The notes under the pieces are model-generated. The model saw only the letters and a list, made by a program, of their open reading frames with translations. It searched no databases and was not told the DNA's origin. Of a DNA stretch of 64,000 nt, positions 56,886-64,000 are shown one piece after another; position 1 is the first letter of the stretch; every line of letters begins with the position of its first letter. The position numbers and the translations under genes were made by a program. The stretch is from IMG/VR virus record IMGVR_UViG_3300033463_000024; one strand, 5' to 3'. This stretch comes from a virus (taxonomy: Duplodnaviria; Heunggongvirae; Uroviricota; Caudoviricetes).

Positions 56886-57965
56886 CTATCCCCCGATCGT
56901 CTTGATGTAATCTTCAAGGATTTGGTTATGGTGGAACGCCAAGTGAGCCTTGCGGGCTACGCTCAACGGGAACCATGCTGCCTCGGCAGCATCGTCGTCA
57001 CCCTTGACTGCCCCGAAAATCCCACGAACATAGACACCCACGTCATACGCCCAGTGTCCAGGAACATTCTCGCGAGGGTCTTCCGGGATATACACCTTCA
57101 ATTGGTGAACCTGATTAGGGTAGAGTACAAGCCCCGTTTCCTCATGGAGTTCACGACAGCTGCAATTCTCGATGGGTTCATGCGGATTGGTAAAGCCACC
57201 AGGGAGACACCAGTAGTTAGCGAACGGCCAGCGCTTGCGGCGCACTAGAAGCACCTGGTCCTCTCGACCAATGGTAGGTTCGCCAATGCTGTTGATAACC
57301 ACGGAAGTCACCGTAACCGAAGGTTTTGGATAATCGCCTGGCTTGTAGTTGGCAAGTTCCTGATGTTCAGTGTTCCAATGTATTAGCGGATTATCCTGGT
57401 GATATAATCCATGCTGGAAAATATACCCAAGAACTTGCGGCGAAACCGACATTCCCCCATACATGGGGTTCATGAGCATGTCACTACGGACAGCTGTGGA
57501 CGACACATCGGGAACATTTACGAAAATAGGGTTGATATCGCCTCGGGTACCAAGTTCCGTATGGAAATTGAAGTTTTTTCCACGGTTGAATACACGGATG
57601 CTGTACTTGTCGATGAGCTTGTCAGAATCTTTCCACTTGCCGGCCAGAAGGGCTTCAAGCTCATCCATGCCGATAATGAGGTCAATGTCCGGATTCTTGT
57701 TCTCGGATCCGGAAACATATGTTCCATACACTGTTTCGAGATTATCGAAGGTACGAACCGACTGCTTATGGATGTTCAGTTTCGGAAACCGGGCAATCAA
57801 CATGCCATAACGGTCCTGGAATGATGCATTGTACTGTTTTTCATCATTGTCGGTCACATAGACATGGACTTCCGGGTAGTTTTCCAAAAGATACTGAATA
57901 ATTGCCTCATGGGCAACGGTAAGCGGGTCAAATGCGCCGCCATAAACTGCAATCTTGTGTTCCAT
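56886..57965 (-). CDS. nadM: bifunctional NMN adenylyltransferase / Nudix ADP-ribose pyrophosphatase (NadM-Nudix)
   Basis: N-terminal IAVYGGAFDPLTVAH nucleotidyltransferase motif; C-terminal Nudix box GGFTNPHEPIENCSCRELHEETGL. Confidence 0.8.
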   Translation of the reverse strand: MEHKIAVYGGAFDPLTVAHEAIIQYLLENYPEVHVYVTDNDEKQYNASFQDRYGMLIARFPKLNIHKQSVRTFDNLETVYGTYVSGSENKNPDIDLIIGMDELEALLAGKWKDSDKLIDKYSIRVFNRGKNFNFHTELGTRGDINPIFVNVPDVSSTAVRSDMLMNPMYGGMSVSPQVLGYIFQHGLYHQDNPLIHWNTEHQELANYKPGDYPKPSVTVTSVVINSIGEPTIGREDQVLLVRRKRWPFANYWCLPGGFTNPHEPIENCSCRELHEETGLVLYPNQVHQLKVYIPEDPRENVPGHWAYDVGVYVRGIFGAVKGDDDAAEAAWFPLSVARKAHLAFHHNQILEDYIKTIGG

Positions 57966-57968
57966 AAT

Positions 57969-58259
57969 TTACCAATTCTTTATCCCGGCTGGGTAAGATT
58001 CATCAAATTTAACATAATATGTGCCTTTATATCCCCGTTCAATGGCAGTTTTAACGAACTGAATCGCGTCTTTTTCCGATTTAAACTTCACTTCTCGCCA
58101 TGATTCGGAATACATTTCAAAAGCACCCATGGCAAACTCGGCTACCATCAGCCTATAACGGATCCAGTAACCAAATATAAACCAGCCATGCTTCCACTGT
58201 GGTATCCACCAGTCGTCAATCTTCTTGACGCGATGCTTCTTATCAATGTAAGTCGTCAT
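57969..58259 (-). CDS. hypothetical Trp-rich protein (96 aa)
   Basis: ORF. Confidence 0.45.
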   Translation of the reverse strand: MTTYIDKKHRVKKIDDWWIPQWKHGWFIFGYWIRYRLMVAEFAMGAFEMYSESWREVKFKSEKDAIQFVKTAIERGYKGTYYVKFDESYPAGIKNW

Positions 58260-59067
58260 CCGGAAATTCCTTCTTCAAATTTTCAACCCACTGGTCACAC
58301 TTTTCGTGCCAGTCGGTAATGGTCTGCCTGAATGCCTTGTCACCAAGCACGCCGTTGATAATATGCTGACGGTCAGTGATGTTCCCGTTGACCTGCAGTT
58401 TCAGGCCGAACTCCACTGCCGCACGGGTGAAATTCAGCGGGACATCCGCCTCGTAGAAGTCATTCTCGTTGGCAATGGGCGCCGGGGCGCACTGGCCAAC
58501 CCATCGCGACACCTTGGGTGAAAGCAGCACTTCCCGCATGAAGTCATGCACGGGCTTGCCATCCTCGCCGATGGTTGCCTTGCAGTCGGCATCGGCCAAT
58601 GTATGGAGCCTAGGGAACCACTGGTGGGTCACAATCTGCATGATGCGGAACCTGGACTTCATTTCACCGAGGACCAGGGCGTTCATGTGGTTCTCGATGA
58701 CCCAGTGAAGCGGGACGATATTGGGGATGACCCCACCAACCTCGTTTCGGATCCATTCGTTGAACACATCCAGGCTGTAAAGTTCATGTCCGGCCATGTT
58801 CTTGCCCTCGTTCTTTTCGAGTGCACGCTTCTTGCCGGCATCGTGGAACAGGGCAATCATCACGTCCACCCAGTCATGGCCATCGCGTAAATTCTTGATT
58901 ACGAGGGCGGTATGGTCCCACACGTCACCCTCGCAGTGTACCTTCGGATGGGCGACCCCCATCATTTCATTTTCGATGAACGGGAAGAAATCTCGGTTTT
59001 CGAGGATGGTCGAGACCGGATGTTCCGAGTTGAAAATGTCTATTGCCTTGTTGATATTAGGATTCAT
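58243..59067 (-). CDS. HD-domain phosphohydrolase (H...HD motif: HPKVHCEGDVWDHT...LFHDAGK)
   Basis: ATG 5 nt after the promoter box. Confidence 0.6.
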   Translation of the reverse strand: MNPNINKAIDIFNSEHPVSTILENRDFFPFIENEMMGVAHPKVHCEGDVWDHTALVIKNLRDGHDWVDVMIALFHDAGKKRALEKNEGKNMAGHELYSLDVFNEWIRNEVGGVIPNIVPLHWVIENHMNALVLGEMKSRFRIMQIVTHQWFPRLHTLADADCKATIGEDGKPVHDFMREVLLSPKVSRWVGQCAPAPIANENDFYEADVPLNFTRAAVEFGLKLQVNGNITDRQHIINGVLGDKAFRQTITDWHEKCDQWVENLKKEFPDDDLH

Positions 59068-59069
59068 AC

Positions 59070-59103
59070 CCAAAATGTAGCAAAATGGGCAGAAGGTGGC
59101 AAC
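59070..59103 (-). promoter_or_regulatory. conserved promoter GTTGCC-N13-TTTGCTACATTTTGG
   Basis: exact consensus copy; abuts the stop of the upstream gene. Confidence 0.65.
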
Positions 59104-61625
59104 TAGTCCTTCACCAGGAACAAAAACCGTCTGCGGGAGTTTGTAAACTTGTTGTACTGTATGAAGCCCTCGTCGGTAATGTACTGCCCATCGCCGACCA
59201 TAAGTCTCTCTTCTTGCCGTTCGGTCTCAGTGTGCATTATGAGCTGGTCGCCAACAAGATCAACCCTTGCCGACCTAAACCAATGAATCTGCGTTTTCAC
59301 GTTCCCATCAGTGTCAAGCAAGTCCGTGATACATACTTCCTGCGACACAAACGGGGCCACATTGCCAAATGTTGAATTTTGAATAAACCCGGTGTCTTGG
59401 CCAGCAATTTTAACCAATGAACCAAACCCCATCAAGTCCCGCATGATATCCGGCGCACTCTTTCCAGTTTCCCGGATTTCATCATCCTCATCCTCGTTAC
59501 TGTGAACTATGTCGCACCTTCCCTGGTCAGTCGTAATATACAGAGATGGATATGAATCATCCTTATGTAATTGTTTCGGTATCCTGACACCGCACATGGT
59601 AAACGCACGGCCATTAGACCAGGAATTGGAGCATATTTTGTTGCAATTTCCAGCACCGCTTCGAATAACCTTTCCACCCAACGCCGAATACAGGCGATAC
59701 AGGTCATCAATGGTTGGCAAGTGCCAGCCGTCCGGTATGGTCTCCTTGATATCCGCATGCGAATACAATACACCCCGCGAACCATCTTCAGCCGTCACGC
59801 TGACGGTAATGGACGGATTGAGAGCGCGTATAATCGCTTCCGTCTCCGGGGTTAAAGCATCCGCCTTGTATCTATATGTGACGAGTTCCCTTGCCTTACC
59901 AAACTGTAAATAGTTACGCGAATGCGGCGTGTTGGAATGGGTCAATAATATAAGTGACGCTCGGCCATATGTGCCGGAGTTGCCTACCTGGTCGGTTATC
60001 CTAAACTCCCCAATACCCCGGCCATTGGTATATTCCTTAACAAGCATATCGGTAACAACTGTAACACTCGTCTCGTCATGCGGGAGGTTCGCTTTCTCCA
60101 GTGCATCACGCACGGTTCGCTCACGTTCATCACGCACTTGTGCCCAGTAGTTGTCAGCCTGGCCAAAATCAAGACATGACGACAAGTCCTCTAATAAAGA
60201 GCCATCGATGATGGTATCGCCTATCTTGACCCCTTCAAGAAACACGTTATATATCGCATCATACACATCTATGTTGCCACCCATACTAACATAGCATCTG
60301 GAGGAAGTCTTTACCACATAGTTATTCGGCATATCATGGTGAACATACACCGAATCATTAACCCGGCCATTGCATTCATGCGTTATGACATTTGCCGTCT
60401 CAGCATCGGCAGGATGTTGCCAGTCAATCGAACATGTCAGTCCTTCTTCTGTGCGGGTAACACACAGGATCGGAAGGAATACCTTGATTTCCGGGCGTAC
60501 GGGGCATAGTATGGTTTCCAGTTTTTTCAGATTTGCCGGAATTTCCGGAATTTTCGTTGGAGAGTACTTGAGTGGTTCGGCCATCCACGTCCTGCCTCCA
60601 ATAGTCTCCGTACGGTAGGTCTTGCCATCCCTCTTGTCAGTGAATGTTCCGGACCGGCGAATGCGGTTCTTGCCAAGGCATATACTCTTAGTAATCTTCT
60701 TCCTATCAGCAATCACCTTGGCATTGTTTGTAAGTCGCTCCTCGCGCATGCGGACCGCCAGCTCACGATATGTATCATGCCCATAGGGTGGGCATAGTTC
60801 AAAGAATGGGCCACCAAGCAAGTCCGAAAGTTCAACCTCGTCGTACTTGTTGTCGCCCTTGCGGACATCCACATTGTCATGGGCATGGTTCCACCGGTTA
60901 TTCACATGGACTAGACGGCCACCGGGCCCGATGTCGATACCCAGCATGGATTCGCCATACAGTTCATCGCTTTCGGTCAAATTCTCGAAACCAGGAAGAA
61001 CGGCCAGGTAAAGTTTCACCGGCAGCTTCTTATCCCCGGCACTGGCCATCCGATAATGGTCAAACATGCTCTGTGAATTGAGGTGGCACCACACATGCGG
61101 CTGGGTGTATTCGGCATATTTGTTCGCCGTTTCAAATTCATCAAGAGGGATTATCTCATAACGTCTCTGTCCATACTTCCGTCTGCGGAGCATGCGTCGC
61201 ATCGCGCTCCATTGCTTGGCTATCCTCTGGCCATATATTTCATCAAGTTCCTTGAATGACGGGCGTCTACCGTCAATACCAAGATAACGGTCATACTCAC
61301 TCGAATGGGCAATGGAAATAATGCGAATTATGTCATGAAGACGGCCAATCGGCCCCGGTTCTTCATCACCTGTACCAAGCGACAATTCGCCAAACGCAAT
61401 TCTTGCGGCACCCGGCGCGAAACGGATCTTGCACTGTCCGTCCCTGAAAAAGTGGGTACGGACCTCCTGGTATGCTGCACGGGTCCAGGAAGAAATCCCC
61501 CTTTTCTGGGCAATTTCCTCATAGATAGTCTGCAGCCGCCCCCTGTTGGGTAGGGCCATCAGGACCTTCTTGGTGTAGCGGTAGGCATCGCCTTCTGAAC
61601 CATGTGCAGTTTCGTTCGGTAGCAT
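59103..61625 (-). CDS. large protein (840 aa) with a Fibrobacter-succinogenes-major-paralogous-type domain (FTDKRDGKTYRTETIGGRTWMAEPL ... DGWHLPTIDDLYRL)
   Basis: domain signature recognised in the translation; N-terminal ~330 aa unassigned. Confidence 0.6.
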   Translation of the reverse strand: MLPNETAHGSEGDAYRYTKKVLMALPNRGRLQTIYEEIAQKRGISSWTRAAYQEVRTHFFRDGQCKIRFAPGAARIAFGELSLGTGDEEPGPIGRLHDIIRIISIAHSSEYDRYLGIDGRRPSFKELDEIYGQRIAKQWSAMRRMLRRRKYGQRRYEIIPLDEFETANKYAEYTQPHVWCHLNSQSMFDHYRMASAGDKKLPVKLYLAVLPGFENLTESDELYGESMLGIDIGPGGRLVHVNNRWNHAHDNVDVRKGDNKYDEVELSDLLGGPFFELCPPYGHDTYRELAVRMREERLTNNAKVIADRKKITKSICLGKNRIRRSGTFTDKRDGKTYRTETIGGRTWMAEPLKYSPTKIPEIPANLKKLETILCPVRPEIKVFLPILCVTRTEEGLTCSIDWQHPADAETANVITHECNGRVNDSVYVHHDMPNNYVVKTSSRCYVSMGGNIDVYDAIYNVFLEGVKIGDTIIDGSLLEDLSSCLDFGQADNYWAQVRDERERTVRDALEKANLPHDETSVTVVTDMLVKEYTNGRGIGEFRITDQVGNSGTYGRASLILLTHSNTPHSRNYLQFGKARELVTYRYKADALTPETEAIIRALNPSITVSVTAEDGSRGVLYSHADIKETIPDGWHLPTIDDLYRLYSALGGKVIRSGAGNCNKICSNSWSNGRAFTMCGVRIPKQLHKDDSYPSLYITTDQGRCDIVHSNEDEDDEIRETGKSAPDIMRDLMGFGSLVKIAGQDTGFIQNSTFGNVAPFVSQEVCITDLLDTDGNVKTQIHWFRSARVDLVGDQLIMHTETERQEERLMVGDGQYITDEGFIQYNKFTNSRRRFLFLVKD

Positions 61626-61650
61626 CGTTACTCTCTTTAAAAAACAGAAA

Positions 61651-61688
61651 CTGCGGCCTTACAGGGGCGTCCCCCTGCTCGACCGCAG
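61651..61688 (-). terminator. intrinsic terminator/attenuator hairpin (CUGCGGUCGAGCAGGGGGACGCCCCUGUAAGGCCGCAG then a U-run) inside the 5' leader, about 25 nt before the 840-aa start codon
   Basis: GC-rich nested hairpin followed by UUUCUGUUUUUU on the minus transcript. Confidence 0.5.
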
Positions 61689-61820
61689 CCTCCAAGGACC
61701 TTTCAAGAACACGCGCCAGCCGCTGACCACCTTGCGGTGAGGGCCGACACACGTCCCATCCAAATCCTCTTCGTTCAATCCAGCCAGTCAGCCGCGCAAG
61801 GGGCCGCCTAGCCGTTATTC

Positions 61821-61852
61821 AATATATAGCAATTACTGTTGCATTTGGCAAC
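61821..61852 (-). promoter_or_regulatory. conserved promoter GTTGCC-N14-TTGCTATATATT, about 190 nt upstream of the 840-aa gene
   Basis: consensus-like copy. Confidence 0.55.
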
Positions 61853-61855
61853 CGG

Positions 61856-62275
61856 TTATTTCTTTTGCTGGTTCGGCTTTTCGACTTCATCCGCAGCACC
61901 CTTCAAGATAATGGAGAGACTGTGGACAATTTCCTGTGTATCCTTGCCAGCCTGCTGCAAATTGGCAGAATCGGCAAGCTTAGACACGATTTCAGAACCA
62001 TACATGGCGTACATTTCCGTCTTCGGCGGAATTGCAGAAGCAAGGATGGAAAAGAACAGGAATGCCGGTAACCAATATTGGACTCGCATGAACTTAATCC
62101 ATGGTTCAATTTCTTCCACATCCCGTTGGCTTCCGGAATCCTTTGCACCCTTCCAGATAACGAACATGACAAATGCGATAATCGCACCAAAGAATGCCAC
62201 GGTAGCCAAGACCTTGAAAAGGTCATCCAAGCCATCAAGGAACGAAGTGATGAAAATAAAAGTAGAAAGTTTCAT
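61856..62275 (-). CDS. membrane protein (139 aa)
   Basis: hydrophobic ORF. Confidence 0.5.
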   Translation of the reverse strand: MKLSTFIFITSFLDGLDDLFKVLATVAFFGAIIAFVMFVIWKGAKDSGSQRDVEEIEPWIKFMRVQYWLPAFLFFSILASAIPPKTEMYAMYGSEIVSKLADSANLQQAGKDTQEIVHSLSIILKGAADEVEKPNQQKK

Positions 62276-62290
62276 GGTTTAATCTTCTTA

Positions 62291-62725
62291 TTACTTGGTT
62301 CCGGTAGAGCCGAAGCCACCACGGTCCTTATCAACCATCTGGCCTTCAACAATGTTGATTTTCGGCTGCTTCTCCATGATGCGGAACTGGCAGATGCGTT
62401 CACCGCGCTTGATTACCGTATCGCGGGTAGCATATGCAGGGAAGCGCCACCAGTCATTAGGGCCACAATAGGAGTTGTCTACGACACCAACAGAGTTTGC
62501 CTGGAGAACACCGAAGTTCTTGAGGGTGGAAGAACGCGGAGCAAGATGCGCTTCATATCCTTCTGGAAGCTTCATTGCCACGCCAAGATGAATGAGCTTA
62601 AGTTCACCTTGCTTGATTTCCACATCTTCGTCGGCAGTAAGATCAATCCAGTCACCCTTTTCGCGAATGGTGATACGGGCGGTTTCTGGGGAACGATATT
62701 GGACGGTGATTGTTTCTTCTTTCAT
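62291..62725 (-). CDS. dut: dUTP diphosphatase (dUTPase)
   Basis: motifs [13 protein letters not shown] and C-terminal DRGGFGSTG; AAAGGAAAG SD. Confidence 0.85.
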   Translation of the reverse strand: MKEETITVQYRSPETARITIREKGDWIDLTADEDVEIKQGELKLIHLGVAMKLPEGYEAHLAPRSSTLKNFGVLQANSVGVVDNSYCGPNDWWRFPAYATRDTVIKRGERICQFRIMEKQPKINIVEGQMVDKDRGGFGSTGTK

Positions 62726-62743
62726 TTTTTCTTTCCTTTTTGT

Positions 62744-63988
62744 TTAAAAATTCTTCCATTCCATCGGAAGGATATTTTTAGAGAGTTCGACTGCAAACTC
62801 GTCGATTTCTTCCGGCGTATAGGCCTTTTCCTTTAATCCGGATGCGGCAAAAGCCTTGTTAACTTCCTTGCCAAGTGCACCGATATAGTCGATGATGTCG
62901 TCAAACGTCCAGTCACCATTCTTGATTGCAAGGAGGAAATCGCGGTCATTGCTGTACGGGTGCTTGTTGTAATCCATACAGACCATGTTGCACAAATCCT
63001 TATCAGCGCGGTAGACCGGGACGGTATGCTCGGTGGCGATACCGTAAGCGGTAAGGAGCAGACGGACACAGTGCATGATGTTCTTCGCATCGTAGCCTTG
63101 GCCATGCTTCAACGTGGTGTTGTAGCGTTCCTCGTTACGGGACTTGACCCAATCCCAATACTCGTGCCACTTCTTGCATTTACGTGCAAAGTCGTTGCGG
63201 TTCACGAAGATATGGGCAACGGAGCTCAAACCCTTTGGGATGGAGTTGAGTTGGATATCATCGCTGCGCTCGATGTCACGGACGACACCATAGCCCCAAC
63301 GCCACTTGTGCTCGGGAAGCTGACGGACACCCTTGAATACCTTGGAGAGACATTTCCGGACGAATTTGTGGATACTGATGGACAGCGGCTTCTTCTGGAA
63401 ATACACCGCGTAGATGCAATCGCCATGGTCGATCCGGGCGATGGAGAACCAACGCTGGACTTCTTCCGGCTTGCCGCGATAATTGGCCTTAATCCATTCC
63501 ATGAGGGGAGTGGCGAGGTTGCCATCGAGGACATAGATGAAATCGACGAAACGCGGGCGCCTCTCCGGCTGCGGATCGAATACCTTCTTGTTCAGGCCCT
63601 TCGCACGGTCAACCTGGCCACGGGCATACTCGCAGAACGACTTGTCACAACGCATGGTGAGGAAGTCAAATTTCTTTCGGAGGATTTCGAGGATAGACTG
63701 GCCCACAAATACGCAATGCTTCGGAGCATAGAGCATTTCGAGGGCCTGGGGATTGGCGGAGTTCAACTCGGTAAGGAACTTCGTGATGTCCCAGTAGACC
63801 TCGTTGTTCTTCTCGTCGGCAATCTGGCTCGGGGCATCGTGCTTGATGCGCTCGCTCCATTTCAGGATATACACACCGTGAATGTCCACATCGGAAGTCT
63901 CGGTGGCAAGACCGAACGACTGCGAACCCGCGGCCACCTTGATGAGGAGGATACCCTTTTCATGGACCCTCTTCTCGGTTTCGGACAT
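62744..63988 (-). CDS. Pol-beta-superfamily nucleotidyltransferase, RlaP-like (RNA-repair-pathway NTase); GSQSFGLATETSDVDIHGV
   Basis: hG[GS]x9-13DxD NTase signature at the N-terminus; 414 aa. Confidence 0.5.
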   Translation of the reverse strand: MSETEKRVHEKGILLIKVAAGSQSFGLATETSDVDIHGVYILKWSERIKHDAPSQIADEKNNEVYWDITKFLTELNSANPQALEMLYAPKHCVFVGQSILEILRKKFDFLTMRCDKSFCEYARGQVDRAKGLNKKVFDPQPERRPRFVDFIYVLDGNLATPLMEWIKANYRGKPEEVQRWFSIARIDHGDCIYAVYFQKKPLSISIHKFVRKCLSKVFKGVRQLPEHKWRWGYGVVRDIERSDDIQLNSIPKGLSSVAHIFVNRNDFARKCKKWHEYWDWVKSRNEERYNTTLKHGQGYDAKNIMHCVRLLLTAYGIATEHTVPVYRADKDLCNMVCMDYNKHPYSNDRDFLLAIKNGDWTFDDIIDYIGALGKEVNKAFAASGLKEKAYTPEEIDEFAVELSKNILPMEWKNF

Positions 63989-64000
63989 GGCACCGTTGGT

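Noticed and set aside
61626-61820. Assignment of the structured leader to the ZTP (pfl) riboswitch class
   Set aside because: Only a short UGACUGGC-like stretch matches from memory. I cannot reproduce the pseudoknot or P3 by eye, so the class is left open.
1-64000. CRISPR array, integrase/attachment sites, rRNA
   Set aside because: No direct-repeat/spacer periodicity, no tyrosine or serine recombinase motifs and no rRNA-like sequence seen. The window gives no evidence of prophage boundaries.

Overview
This window reads as an accessory or early-gene region of a large dsDNA phage or prophage. It holds about 115 short ORFs, mostly on the minus strand, with ATGA/TGATG start-stop overlaps and SD-like ribosome-binding sites. 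I found no rRNA, no CRISPR array, no integrase and no recognisable capsid, terminase or tail genes. Two things point to a host in Fibrobacterota/Bacteroidota (inference): a 'Fibrobacter succinogenes major paralogous' domain in an 840-aa protein, and a TTG..N20..TAnnTTTG-type promoter architecture.

The genes I recognise are:
- a two-step NAD+ salvage pair (an NAPRTase-family phosphoribosyltransferase plus a NadM-Nudix NMN adenylyltransferase/ADP-ribose pyrophosphatase);
- Tpt1/KptA RNA 2'-phosphotransferase, dUTPase, an NPPY DNA methyltransferase, an RlaP-like nucleotidyltransferase, an HD phosphohydrolase and a Pth2-like protein;
- an SPFH/prohibitin lipoprotein next to a bactofilin-like protein;
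- three paralogous GT-A-like proteins in an AT-rich island;
- an HExxH zincin-like protein;
- one canonical IS200/IS605 TnpB element and one zinc-finger-less TnpB-like gene;
- tRNA-Gly(CCC).

The most striking signal is a highly conserved promoter, GTTGCC-N13-TTTGCTACATTT, present in at least 18 copies. It often ends only 4-6 nt before the ATG, which suggests leaderless transcripts, and several copies sit back-to-back as divergent pairs. Two conserved-promoter transcripts carry long GC-rich structured leaders: one ends in a terminator hairpin just before the 840-aa gene, and one precedes the tRNA.

All function calls rest on motifs I read by eye. I ran no database searches.
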